Shown: piece by piece, positions 39,530 through 49,117 of the stretch
Position numbering within the stretch: the first letter of the stretch is position 1
Layout of the letters: every line of letters starts with the position of its first letter
Source: Polyangiales bacterium
Lineage (GTDB): Bacteria > Myxococcota_A > Polyangia > Polyangiales > JADJQN01
Direction: 5' to 3'
DNA: 64,000 nucleotides
Assembly: GCA_964202905.1 (NCBI GenBank)
Contig: CAXNJO010000016.1
Coordinates: 8,815-72,814, forward strand
Notes under the pieces: model-generated
Seen by the model: the letters and a program-made list of their open reading frames with translations, nothing else
What the model was told of the DNA's origin: nothing
Databases searched by the model: none
Translations under genes and position numbers: made by a program

Positions 39530-40477
39530 CTACACGAACAGCGAGCTCACCGAGTCGCCGTTGTGGATTCTCTTGATGGCCTCCCCGAGGAGACCCGCCA
39601 CGGACAGCACGTGGAACTTGCCGGTCGCCACCGCGTCAGGCCGGAGCGGCACGGTGTCGGTCACGACGACCTGGACGAGGGGCGAGGCCTTGATGCGCTC
39701 GACGGCGGGACCGCTGAGCACGGCGTGCGTCGCCGCGGCCATCACGGAGCGCGCGCCCGCCTTCACGAGGGCTTGCGCGCCGTTCGTGAGGGTGCCCGCG
39801 GTGTCGATCATGTCGTCGAGCAGCACGCAAACGCGACCCTCGACGTCCCCGATGATGTGCATGACCTCGCTGACGTTCGCGCGCTCACGGCGCTTGTCGA
39901 TGATCGCGAGGTCCGCGCCGATGCGCTTCGCGTAGGCCCGCGTGCGCTCGACGCCGCCCGCGTCGGGCGACACGAAGACGGGCGCCTCGCCACCGGCGAA
40001 CTTCGCGGTGAGGAACTCGAGGAACACCGGCATCGCGTAGAGGTGATCGAAGGGCTTGTTGAAGAAGCCCTGGATCTGCCCCGAGTGCAGGTCGACGGCG
40101 ACGACGCGATCGACGCCGGCCGAGGTGATCAGATCCGCGACGAGCTTCGCGGTGATGGGTGTGCGCGGCGCGACCTTGCGGTCCTGTCGGGCGTAGCCGT
40201 AGTACGGCATCACGGCCGAAATGGAGCCGGCGCTCGCGCGCTTGAGCGCGTCCGCCATGACCAGCAACTCCATCAGGTTGTCGTTCACCGGCGCGCACGT
40301 CGGCTGCACGATGTAGACGTCGACGCCGCGCACGTTCTCTTGGACCTCGGCGAAGACCTCGCCGTCGGAGAAACGCGAGAGTTTCGCGCGGCCGATCGGG
40401 AGCTCGAGGTACTGCGCGATCGCGTGCGCGAGCGGGGGATTTGCGTTGCCCGCGAAGATGCAGATGGACTTGGACAT
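39530..40477 (-). CDS. prs: Ribose-phosphate pyrophosphokinase
   Basis: [46 protein letters not shown]. Confidence 0.97.
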   Translation of the reverse strand: MSKSICIFAGNANPPLAHAIAQYLELPIGRAKLSRFSDGEVFAEVQENVRGVDVYIVQPTCAPVNDNLMELLVMADALKRASAGSISAVMPYYGYARQDRKVAPRTPITAKLVADLITSAGVDRVVAVDLHSGQIQGFFNKPFDHLYAMPVFLEFLTAKFAGGEAPVFVSPDAGGVERTRAYAKRIGADLAIIDKRRERANVSEVMHIIGDVEGRVCVLLDDMIDTAGTLTNGAQALVKAGARSVMAAATHAVLSGPAVERIKASPLVQVVVTDTVPLRPDAVATGKFHVLSVAGLLGEAIKRIHNGDSVSSLFV

Positions 40478-40729
40478 CGAGCCGACCTGCCTTCCTGCAC
40501 CGGGTCTTGCCGCACCGGGCCGCATCGCTCCGGGCGTCGTCGCGCCGGCCCCCGCTGCCTCAGGCCATCCGCAGTGGGATGTGCGCTGGAACACGGGGAG
40601 CGAAGGGGTAGCAAAGCGGCTCCGAGGTGTCAACCGCCGCCCCGCCCATCGACCGGCCGCACACGCGTCCACGGCAGCCGCCGCGCGCAGGCTTGCGCGG
40701 CCCCGGGTCGATCTGCCATCAGAGCGCCC

Positions 40730-42058
40730 GTGAGCGAGCGAGCCCGGCCGCGCCTCGACTTCCTCGACGCCCTCCGGGGCGTCGCGGTGGTCCTGATGAT
40801 CCTCTGGCACACCGCGGATTCGTGGCTCACCGACGCCGCACGCGCGACGGACGGCCACGAGACGACCGCCTACGGCGTGCTGCGCCTGCTCGGCGGGACG
40901 GCTGCGCCCCTCTTCCTCCTGCTCGCAGGCATCGCGCACGGGCTGAAGGCGGCGGCCGACGATCGCAAGGGCACACCCGCGCGCGTCGCGATGCGCGGCA
41001 ACGTCGCGCGCGGCCTCGAGCTGGTCGTGCTCGGCTACCTGCTGCGCCTGCAGTTCTGGGCGATCGACTCCGTCGGTGTGCGGCTGCCGCTCGTGCTCGC
41101 GCCGCTGCTCATCGGGTTGCTCCTCCTGCTCTTCGCGGCGCGGCGGCTGCCCGCTTCGGCGCGCACGGCGGGCCTCGCGGCGCTCGGTGGCGCGGCGCTC
41201 TACGCGGGCGGCCTCGTGGCGCTCGGGTACGTCCAGCCCGCGAAGGTGACGAGCGTGCTGCGGGTCGATGTGCTCCAGGCGATCGGCGCCTCGCTCGTGC
41301 TGCTCGCGCTCGCCGAGCCGCTCCTCAAGCGCGCGCCGGCGCTCGCCCTCGCCGCGGCGCTCGGCGTCACCCTCTCCACGGAGTTCGTCGCCGCACACCT
41401 GCCCGGGCCACTGCCGACGCCCCTCGCCGCGTACCTCGCGCGGTGGCCGGTGCCCACAGGTGTGCGCTCCATGGCGATGTTCCCGCTCCTGCCGTGGCTC
41501 GCCTTCCCGCTCGTCGGCACGCTGCTTGGACGGCACTGGAGCGCGAGCGCGCGGCGCGGCACGCTCACGCGCGATCTCGCCGTGCTCGGCGCGCTCGGGG
41601 CGCTCGGTGCGGTCGCGACGAACGAATCGCTCGCCTACGCGCTCGGCTGGATCTGGCGCGTGCCCTGGTTCATCCCGACGCTGCGCATCCTCTCGCGCGT
41701 CGGCACCGCGATGCTACTCGCGGCGCTCTGCTACGCCGGGCTCTCGCTCGCGGCGCGGGGGGGCCTCGGCACGAGCGCGCGCGCGGAGCGGTTCGCGCCA
41801 CTGCGGACGCTCGGACGCGCGTCGCTCTTCGTGTACTGGGTGCACCTCGAGTTCGCCTTCGGCGTCGTCGCCGCGCCCCTCAAGCGGCGGCTCGACCTCG
41901 GCGCGTGGGCGATCGGCTTCGCTGCGCTGACCCTCGCGATGTACGCGCTCGTGCTCGCGAAGAACGGACCATGGCAGCGCCTCGTGACCTGGGCGGTCGA
42001 ACGTGTAGACTCGCGCCCCCGCGCCGCGTCCCGGCCACACACGCCGTCCGACGCTTGA
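40730..42058 (+). CDS. DUF1624 / heparan-alpha-glucosaminide N-acetyltransferase-like membrane protein
   Basis: [54 protein letters not shown]. Confidence 0.8.
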   Translation: MSERARPRLDFLDALRGVAVVLMILWHTADSWLTDAARATDGHETTAYGVLRLLGGTAAPLFLLLAGIAHGLKAAADDRKGTPARVAMRGNVARGLELVVLGYLLRLQFWAIDSVGVRLPLVLAPLLIGLLLLLFAARRLPASARTAGLAALGGAALYAGGLVALGYVQPAKVTSVLRVDVLQAIGASLVLLALAEPLLKRAPALALAAALGVTLSTEFVAAHLPGPLPTPLAAYLARWPVPTGVRSMAMFPLLPWLAFPLVGTLLGRHWSASARRGTLTRDLAVLGALGALGAVATNESLAYALGWIWRVPWFIPTLRILSRVGTAMLLAALCYAGLSLAARGGLGTSARAERFAPLRTLGRASLFVYWVHLEFAFGVVAAPLKRRLDLGAWAIGFAALTLAMYALVLAKNGPWQRLVTWAVERVDSRPRAASRPHTPSDA

Positions 42059-42110
42059 GCGCGAACCGGCTTCCCGTTTACAGTCCCTCTCCCCCCCCCA
42101 GGTGGTACGA

Positions 42111-43058
42111 ATGGTCTCCCTGAGCGTCCGGCTGTTCACCGAGAGTCGAGCGTTCGAGAGCGCGTGGCGGGCCGCGCTCCTCGACGTGGGTCTCGACGCC
42201 GAGATCGCAGCGCCCGCGACCATCGCGGACGCCGTGAGCGCCAGCGTCGCGCTCGTGATCGACGCCAGCTGGAGCGGCTTCGACGAGGACGAGCTGCTCG
42301 CCGCTGCAGGCTTCGCGCGCGCCGTCGGTGCATGGCCGATCGTCGCGCTCGAGGGGCCTGGCGCGTTCGCGCCCGTCGCAGCGCTGCTCGAAGAGCTGAC
42401 GGGCGGGCTGCTCGCACGCAGTGACGCCGACGTCGCCCGCATCGCCGCCAGCCTCGCGCGCCGCCGCGACGAAGCCCGCGCGCGTCGCTTCGAGTACCTC
42501 ACCGTCGCGCCGCGCGGCACCGATCTCCTCGCGGTCCTCGGCGACGGGCGCGCGAGCCTCGTGCGCCGCCCGCTCGCGGTCGGTGACGACGGCAGCGACG
42601 TGCTCGAGATCACGCTCGCCGAAGACGCCGAGAGCGCCACCGTGCAGCTCGCGAGCGGCGCCGTCGTCGTCGTCCGCGCGCCCGCGGCCCCGCCCCTGCT
42701 CACGGCATCGACCGAGCCGCTCCTCGGCACCATCTCCCTCGATGGTGTCGCGCTGGGCGCGAGACTCCGCGCCTTGCGGATGGCCGCGGGCCTCACGCAG
42801 GCCGAACTCGCGCGGCGCACGGGCATCCATCGTCCGAACATCGCGCGCGTCGAGGCCGGACGTCACACCCCCTCGCTCGAGACGCTATCGCGGCTCGCCG
42901 CGGCGATCGGCATCCCGACGACGCGCGTCCTCGAGCTCGCTCAGCCCGGCGAGGTCGACCCTTCGGCCATCGCCACCGCAATCGGTTTGACTGCACCCGA
43001 CGCCGCGTCCGTGCCCGTGCCGAGCGGCGCCGCGCAGCCCCTCATCGGCACGAAGTAA
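42111..43058 (+). CDS. XRE-family HTH regulator with unassigned N-terminal domains
   Basis: C-terminal LGARLRALRMAAGLTQAELARRTGIHRPNIARVEAGRHTPSLETL. Confidence 0.8.
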   Translation: MVSLSVRLFTESRAFESAWRAALLDVGLDAEIAAPATIADAVSASVALVIDASWSGFDEDELLAAAGFARAVGAWPIVALEGPGAFAPVAALLEELTGGLLARSDADVARIAASLARRRDEARARRFEYLTVAPRGTDLLAVLGDGRASLVRRPLAVGDDGSDVLEITLAEDAESATVQLASGAVVVVRAPAAPPLLTASTEPLLGTISLDGVALGARLRALRMAAGLTQAELARRTGIHRPNIARVEAGRHTPSLETLSRLAAAIGIPTTRVLELAQPGEVDPSAIATAIGLTAPDAASVPVPSGAAQPLIGTK

Positions 43059-43837
43059 CGCGCCCCGGTGAGTTCGTTGACACCCACGTAGACGTCGACG
43101 CCGAAGGTGTCGCGGATACGCCGGTACGTCATCACCTCGGCGACGGTCCCGAGCGCCACGGGCAGCCCGCCGCGCAGCAACAGCAGCCGATCGCAGTACT
43201 GCGCCGCGAGGTTCAGATCGTGCACCACGAGGAGAGCCGCGACGCCCGTCTCGCGCACACGCGCGGCGACGAGGTCGAGCAGCGCGACCTGATGGTGGAT
43301 GTCGAGGAAGGCCGTCGGCTCGTCGAGGACGAGCACGGGCGTCTGCTGAGCGAGCGCCCGCGCGATCGCGACGCGCTTCTGCTCGCCGCCCGAGAGCGAC
43401 GCGAAGGGACGCGCGCGGAGCGCCCACGCTTCGCACGCGCGCAGCGCCTCCTCGGCGACGCGAACGTCGTCGGCGCGCTCGAGCCCGAAGAAGCCGAGGT
43501 GCGGCGCGCGCCCCATCAGCACGACCTCCCACGCGCTGAACGCGAACGCCGCCTCGTCGCGCTGCGGCACGAGGGCGAGCGCCCGCGCGAGCGTCGCACG
43601 GGAGGCGACGCGCGTGTCGTAGCCCGCGACGTGCACCGCACCACGCTCGGGCGTGACGAGCCCGGCCGCAAGTCGCGCGAGCGTCGATTTCCCGGAGCCA
43701 TTCGGGCCGATCACCCCGACGAGCTCCCCGGGCGCGACCGTGAGCGACACGCCATCGACCGCGCGCGGCACGCCGGGGCCGTAGCCGAACGCGACGTCCT
43801 CGAAGACCAGCGCGCATCCGGGAGCCGGGCGGATCAT
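42941..43837 (-). CDS. Iron-chelate/cobalamin ABC transporter ATP-binding protein
   Basis: GPNGSGKST, VLMGRAPH, LSGGEQKRV, LDEPTAFLD, HDLNLAAQYCD. Confidence 0.9.
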   Translation of the reverse strand: MIRPAPGCALVFEDVAFGYGPGVPRAVDGVSLTVAPGELVGVIGPNGSGKSTLARLAAGLVTPERGAVHVAGYDTRVASRATLARALALVPQRDEAAFAFSAWEVVLMGRAPHLGFFGLERADDVRVAEEALRACEAWALRARPFASLSGGEQKRVAIARALAQQTPVLVLDEPTAFLDIHHQVALLDLVAARVRETGVAALLVVHDLNLAAQYCDRLLLLRGGLPVALGTVAEVMTYRRIRDTFGVDVYVGVNELTGARYFVPMRGCAAPLGTGTDAASGAVKPIAVAMAEGSTSPG

Positions 43838-43872
43838 TGACGCGCACGGTAGCAGGCGGCTATCCCGCGGAC

Positions 43873-44730
43873 GTGATCGACCTCGACCCGAGCCGCTCCG
43901 CCACCCCGCCGCGCGACGCGGCGACGCTCATCCTGTTGCGCCCCGGCGCGCGCAACCCTTTCGAGATCTTCCTCGTGAAGCGGCACGCGCGCAGCGGATT
44001 CATGGCGAGCGCGTACGTGTTCCCGGGCGGCAAGGTCGATGAGGCCGACGCCTCTCCCGCGCTGCTCGCGCGGACCGACGGCCGCACCCCCGAGGAGGCC
44101 GCGCGCGCCCTCGCGGAGCCGGACGATCCACAGCGCGCGATCGCTCTGTACGTGGCGGCCATCCGCGAAACGTTTGAGGAGGCCGGCGTGCTCCTCGCGG
44201 ACCTGCCCCCGGGTGCAGATCTCGGTGATGCGCGCGCGCGCCTCGCCGCCGGGACCCCCTTCGTCGACGTCTTGAACGCCCTTGGCGCGCAGCTTCGCCT
44301 CGATCGGCTGATCCCCTACGCGCGCTGGGTGACCCCGGTGGTCGAGCCGCGCCGCTTCGACGCGCGCTTCTTCCTCGCGCTCGCGCCAGCCGGGCAGGAC
44401 GCGTCGCACGACGCGCACGAGACCACCGACGCGGCGTGGCTCTCACCGCACGACGCGCTCGCGGAGGTCGCCGCCGGCACGATCCAACTGCCGCCGCCGA
44501 CGCTGCGGACGCTCGAAAACCTCGGCCGCGCCGTGTCGCTCGAGGCCCTGCTCGACGAGGCAGCGCGCACGCCCCCGCCCTACGTGGACCCCCTGTTCCG
44601 GCAAGACGGCGAGCGCATCATGCTCGTGCTGCCCGGCGATCCCGCCCACGCGACCGCGTCCCCCGCGCTCCCCGGCCCGACGCGCTTCGTGCTCGAGGGT
44701 GGGCGCTGGTGGTCCCGCCCCAACGCCTGA
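43873..44730 (+). CDS. NUDIX hydrolase (NUDT19/CoA-diphosphatase-like)
   Basis: RDAATLILLR, VFPGGKVD, AAIRETFEEAGVL, RWVTP, RRFDARFF, LPPPT. Confidence 0.85.
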   Translation: MIDLDPSRSATPPRDAATLILLRPGARNPFEIFLVKRHARSGFMASAYVFPGGKVDEADASPALLARTDGRTPEEAARALAEPDDPQRAIALYVAAIRETFEEAGVLLADLPPGADLGDARARLAAGTPFVDVLNALGAQLRLDRLIPYARWVTPVVEPRRFDARFFLALAPAGQDASHDAHETTDAAWLSPHDALAEVAAGTIQLPPPTLRTLENLGRAVSLEALLDEAARTPPPYVDPLFRQDGERIMLVLPGDPAHATASPALPGPTRFVLEGGRWWSRPNA

Positions 44731-44963
44731 ACCGATCGGCGCGCAGGCCGCCACGCGCCGGCAGCACGCGCCGCACACGGCATCGCATACGCCGAGTTGC
44801 AACGCGTCACACAGTGCCGCGCAGGACGACGCGCACACCCTGCCACGCCACGCGGCACGACGCGTCGTGCGTGGTGCGATCCCACGGCGCGGACATACAT
44901 CGCTGCCACTCGGCAATGCGACTCCGCGCCGCGACTGACCAAGGCGAGTCGGCACGCACGTCT

Positions 44964-45123
44964 CGCCAGCCGTGTCAGCCATGCCAGCCACGCCAGCCAC
45001 GCCAGCCACTCTCTTTCTGTAATCCAGATCACAGAAAGCAGGTTCAGATCTGGATTTCTTGCTAGACATTGGAGTTCTGATCCTGCCTAGTGATCTCTAC
45101 TCGTCTCTACTCATCCCTACTCG
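44964..45123. repeat. AT-enriched regulatory region with 9-bp and 10-bp tandem repeats and overlapping inverted repeats
   Basis: 5x (c/t)gccagcca-like at 44964-45008; aatccagatc/gatctggatt; 3x tc(t/c)ctactc(g/a) at 45094-45123. Confidence 0.7.
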
Positions 45124-45488
45124 TGCCTATTTCTGCCAACTCTCGGCCACGCTTGGCCAGTCCTGCGGCATGTGGCTTCCCGCGCGCGCGGCCCTGCGTT
45201 CGCGGGGGGTCTGCATGCGCGCAGGTCTGTGTTCATGCGGCTCGTGTGCGCGGGAGCGGGTGCACACAGTCGGTGAGCGCGCACATGACGGATTCACGAA
45301 CGGGTCGGACGGACATGGCTGCGGGCGGGCTCGGGTGGATGTGGATCGCGCGCACGCGGAGGCGGGCGCCACTCGCGGCGGTTCCCGGGCCCACGCAGCC
45401 CACCGATCGACAAGGCGCGCCACGCAGCTCCGCTGGCAGACTCTGAACGCTGACGCTGCCGGCACACCGAGCCGGCGTAAGGGAATCC

Positions 45489-46067
45489 GTGAGCAACGAA
45501 GGCGAGCAGGTGCGTGAGCTCTTCACCGCGTCCGACGTGGCGCGGTTTTGTCAGGTGGATCTGAAGACGATTCACAACTGGGCCGAGCGCGGCGAGATCC
45601 GGCACTTCCGGACGCCGGGCCGTCACCTGCGCTTCCGGCGGGTCGACGTGCTCGATTTCCTCCGCAAGTACGGCTACCCCGTCCCCGAGATGCTGATCGT
45701 GGGCAAACCGCGGCTGCACGCGATCGACGACGACGGAGCGTGGCTCGGCCAGATCAAGCGCAACCTCTCGAAGCGCTTCGAGGTCACGACCTTCCAGGAC
45801 CCGTTCGATGCGCTCGTCTCGATCGGAAGCGAGTCACCCGACTGCATCGTGCTCGACATCAAGATGCCGACATTCGACGGCCTGCGCTGCCTCTCACGGC
45901 TCAAGCAACTCCCCTCGACGCGGCACATCCGCACGGTCGTGTTCTCCGGCTATGAGGAGACGCGCAAGAAGGCGCTCGAGGCGGGTGCCTCCGCCTTCGT
46001 CTCGAAGCCGGACATCGCGCGGCTCAAGGAGACGCTCGAAGCGCTGCTCGGGCTCGAGCGTCAGTAG
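45489..46067 (+). CDS. Excisionase/BldC-like HTH (HTH_17) fused to a receiver domain
   Basis: LFTASDVARFCQVDLKTIHNWAERGEIRHFRTPGRHLRFRR; AIDDD...VLDIKMP...FVSKP. Confidence 0.88.
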   Translation: MSNEGEQVRELFTASDVARFCQVDLKTIHNWAERGEIRHFRTPGRHLRFRRVDVLDFLRKYGYPVPEMLIVGKPRLHAIDDDGAWLGQIKRNLSKRFEVTTFQDPFDALVSIGSESPDCIVLDIKMPTFDGLRCLSRLKQLPSTRHIRTVVFSGYEETRKKALEAGASAFVSKPDIARLKETLEALLGLERQ

Positions 46068-46192
46068 CGAAGAACGACGGGCGCCTCGCGCAGCACCACG
46101 CGCGCGATCGCCCGCGCTGCCCGCGCATCGCCAGACCACGCATCGCCAAACCACGCGGTCACGACGCGCGCGCCGCCCGACGCGAAGCCGGA

Positions 46193-46852
46193 TCAGGCGC
46201 CGCGGGAGGCTTTCTCGTCGAGCCCGGAGACCCCGGCGCGGCGCGCGAGTTCGCGCTCGACGTCGCTGAGCGTGACGCCGCGCGAGAGCAGCCCCACGAG
46301 CGCGTGGTAGACGAGGTCCGCGCACTCCGCGACCACCCGATCATCGGGCTCGTCGGCGATGGCGCGCGCGAGCTCGTCGGCTTCCTCGCGCACCTTCGCG
46401 CCGATCCGCGCAGCGCCCGCATCGAGCAGCGAGCGCGTGTAGCTCCGCGCGCCCGTCGCCGCGCGACGCGCCTCGAGTTCCGCGAAGAGCCGCGCGAGCT
46501 CCGTCGCCGCCGGGCCTTGCGCGGCGCCAGCGTCGGCGTCGAGCCGTCGGAAGAAGCACGAGTCGGTGCCCGTGTGACAGGTCGGGCCGAGCGGCGTCGC
46601 GAGGTAGAGCACCGCGTCAGCGTCGCAATCGACCCAGACCTCGGCGACGCGAATCACGTTCCCGCTCGACTCGCCCTTCCGCCAGAGCGCGCCCCGTGAA
46701 CGCGAATAGAAATGCGCCTCGCGCGTCGCGGCGGTGCGCTCGAGCGCCTCCGCGTTCGCGTGCGCGACCATCCGCACGGCGCCGCTCGCCCGGTCTTGAA
46801 CGACCACCGTCACGAGCCCGGCCGCATCCCACTTGAGCGCCGAGAGATCCAT
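46193..46852 (-). CDS. hisIE: Bifunctional phosphoribosyl-AMP cyclohydrolase / phosphoribosyl-ATP pyrophosphatase
   Basis: YSRSRGALWRKGESSG, DCDADA, GPTCHTG..SCFF, SYTRSLL, KVREEA, ADLVYH. Confidence 0.95.
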   Translation of the reverse strand: MDLSALKWDAAGLVTVVVQDRASGAVRMVAHANAEALERTAATREAHFYSRSRGALWRKGESSGNVIRVAEVWVDCDADAVLYLATPLGPTCHTGTDSCFFRRLDADAGAAQGPAATELARLFAELEARRAATGARSYTRSLLDAGAARIGAKVREEADELARAIADEPDDRVVAECADLVYHALVGLLSRGVTLSDVERELARRAGVSGLDEKASRGA

Positions 46853-46919
46853 CGGCCGCAGTTTGCACGCAACCGCGCGCAGGACGCCACGGATAACCGG
46901 CCCACTCACGGAGGAGACC

Positions 46920-47132
46920 ATGAAGAACCGCCGCCACGATCTCGACGCCGTCCTCGCAGAACTCGCCGAACAGGATGCCCTCTTGCACGGCGCGACCGCG
47001 CGCTTCGATCCCGACCCCGACGCGGGCGACGACGCCGACGTCCTCGACCGCGTCTTCGAGCTGCGCTTCGGCGCGATTCACCGCACGGCGCGGCTCACGC
47101 GCCCCGCGCACGGCTTCCTGCTGCGCGCCTGA
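46920..47132 (+). CDS. Small hypothetical protein, first gene of the translocon-like cassette
   Basis: Strong GGAGGAG RBS before ATG 46920; 70 aa, acidic and helical. Confidence 0.6.
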   Translation: MKNRRHDLDAVLAELAEQDALLHGATARFDPDPDAGDDADVLDRVFELRFGAIHRTARLTRPAHGFLLRA

Positions 47133-47180
47133 TCGCCCGCCGAAGCGCTCGCCACCCCCAACGACGAAGAGGTTTTCACG

Positions 47181-47831
47181 ATGACCGGCAGCTCCTCGAT
47201 CGGATTCCCCTCGCGCACCTTCCCCGGACTCGGCGGCATCAGCACGACGCACGGAACGGAGGGCGATCGCGGCGACGAACTTCTCGGCGCCATCGCGGCC
47301 TCGGCGGCGCAGGGCGATTTCCGCGCCTTCATGGCGAGCCTCCCGATCTCGCTCACGCCCTCGGCGATCGTCGGGATGCTGCAGCGCCGCATGAACGGGC
47401 TCGACAGCCAGATCAGCGCGCGGATCACGGAGATGGAAGGCCAGCAGGCGCACATCAGCGAGTTGCAGGGCAAGGCCGAGATCCTCCTCGCGGTGCAGGC
47501 CGCCGTGAATACCGACGGGAACATCTTCGCGAACAAGGAGATCACGATCAACGGCGAGACGAAGAAGGCGGAACAGTGGATTGCGCAGACCGGCGTCGAC
47601 GTTGCGCAGGTCATCGATGCGGACGACGGCAACTGGTACACGGGCGGCGTCCTCAGCGCCGCGACGAAGGCCATCGAGTCGGACATCAAGCAGGCGAATC
47701 AGGGCAACGAACTGCGCATGATGGACCTGCAGAGCCTGATGCAGCAGCGCTCGTCCGAGATCTCCCTCGCGACGAACATGCTGAAGGCGGTGCAGGAAGG
47801 CACGGACGCGATCGTCCGCAACATGGGCTGA
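47181..47831 (+). CDS. Putative type III secretion tip/filament protein (Bsp22/EspA/SseB-like)
   Basis: S/T/G-rich N-terminus, coiled coil MNGLDSQISARITEMEGQQAHISELQ, C-terminal ELRMMDLQSLMQQRSSEISLATNMLKAVQEGTDAIVRNMG; resemblance judged from memory. Confidence 0.65.
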   Translation: MTGSSSIGFPSRTFPGLGGISTTHGTEGDRGDELLGAIAASAAQGDFRAFMASLPISLTPSAIVGMLQRRMNGLDSQISARITEMEGQQAHISELQGKAEILLAVQAAVNTDGNIFANKEITINGETKKAEQWIAQTGVDVAQVIDADDGNWYTGGVLSAATKAIESDIKQANQGNELRMMDLQSLMQQRSSEISLATNMLKAVQEGTDAIVRNMG

Positions 47832-47857
47832 GAACGCAGCGCTCCGAGAGGCCGCCC

Positions 47858-49033
47858 ATGACACGCATCGCCAATGGCGCCTTCGTGCGCCTGCCCGACC
47901 ACGGCACACTCGCCCTCGCAGCGCGCGGTGCCGCACCCCTCGACAGCCCGCTCACCCTCGCCCTCCTCGCGGCGCCCCCGGCCGTCCCCGGGGCGGGCGC
48001 GCGTCGCGCGAGCGCGGACGCCGCACCGCGCACGTCCGGCGCTGCAGGCCCCGACGCACGCGCGCAGGTCCAGTCTCCCGCGCAGCGCGACGCGGCAGCG
48101 GCGATCGGGCTCGCCTTCGTCGGCAGCCCGGAGACCTTCCTCGCCCGCGTCGCGCTCGAATTGCGGCGGACGCGCAGCGCCGTGCAGGAGATGGGGCTCC
48201 GGGTCGAGACCAGCGCCGCGGATGGCGCGGAGAAGGCACGCGAAGCCGCCGAGGCCGCCGCGACGCGCGCCGCGCGGGAAGCCACCAGCTTCCTCGGCCT
48301 CGGCAAGACCTTCGACACCATCGCGCAGATCGCGGGTGTCGTGGCTTCCGTCGCGACCACCGCGCTGACCCTCGGCGCCGCGGCGCCGATCGCCGCTGGG
48401 GTGTTGCTCATGACCTTCGGGCCCCAACTCGTGGACTGCGCGGTCGATGCGGGCCTGTGCCCGCCCGAGTTGCGCGAAGCCGCGAGCACCGCGCTCAAGC
48501 TCACGGGCGCGGTGATGCTCGCGACGGCCACGCTCGGTGCGGGCGCGGCCGCGATCGGCGCCGTCGCGCTCGAGGCCGCCGCGAAGCACGTGGTCGATGC
48601 GGTGGCCGCAGCCTTCGATCTCAGCCCCGAGGTGTCCATGGCGCTGCAACTCACGCTCTCGGTCGGCGCGGGCGTACTCGGAGCCGTCGCCGGCGGCGCA
48701 GCGGCGTCGACGGGAGCGGCGCTCGGTGACGGTACGATCCGCGCCGCGACGACGGTGGGCCGCGACGTCGCGCGCGTCACGAGGGCCGCCGCCGAGGTCG
48801 GCTCCGCAACCACGGACGGTCTGGCCGCCGTGTCGGAGCACGACGCCGCACATGCCCGCGCCGACGCAACGGCAGCCGCCGCGACACGCGACACCGCTCA
48901 CGAGGACGCCGACAACTGGCTCGACGGCTTGCGCGCGACGCTCAAGGCCTACGGCCGCGCCATGCGCGTCGCGCGACAAACCCACGAAGCGCGCGGTGAG
49001 GCGCTGCGTGCCGCCACCCGACAACTTGCCTGA
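47858..49033 (+). CDS. Putative major hydrophobic T3SS translocator (SctE; YopB/BopB/SseC-like)
   Basis: Low-complexity N-terminus, coiled coil (EKAREAAEAAATRAAREA), extended Gly/Ala-rich hydrophobic region, C-terminal amphipathic coil; no Sec signal. Confidence 0.6.
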   Translation: MTRIANGAFVRLPDHGTLALAARGAAPLDSPLTLALLAAPPAVPGAGARRASADAAPRTSGAAGPDARAQVQSPAQRDAAAAIGLAFVGSPETFLARVALELRRTRSAVQEMGLRVETSAADGAEKAREAAEAAATRAAREATSFLGLGKTFDTIAQIAGVVASVATTALTLGAAAPIAAGVLLMTFGPQLVDCAVDAGLCPPELREAASTALKLTGAVMLATATLGAGAAAIGAVALEAAAKHVVDAVAAAFDLSPEVSMALQLTLSVGAGVLGAVAGGAAASTGAALGDGTIRAATTVGRDVARVTRAAAEVGSATTDGLAAVSEHDAAHARADATAAAATRDTAHEDADNWLDGLRATLKAYGRAMRVARQTHEARGEALRAATRQLA

Positions 49034-49117
49034 GCGCTGGGCGCGCCCCACCCGCACTTGCGTCCGGCCCACCCCACATTTCCCGAAATCCGAGAATTTT
49101 TCGATGAAAAAGGCCCC

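Noticed and set aside
40478..40729. tRNA-Gln often found upstream of prs
   Set aside because: No cloverleaf or T-loop GTTCGA context visible
45010..45140. Replication origin (AT-rich, GATC cluster)
   Set aside because: No TTATCCACA-type DnaA boxes and no dnaA/gidA context
45489..46067. Excisionase indicating a prophage or ICE
   Set aside because: HTH is fused to a receiver domain; no integrase, att site or phage genes
46853..46896. Sigma54 or sigma28 promoter for the translocon-like cassette
   Set aside because: GG-to-GC spacing is 9 rather than 10; ACGGATAA only weakly resembles the sigma28 -10 and lacks a good -35
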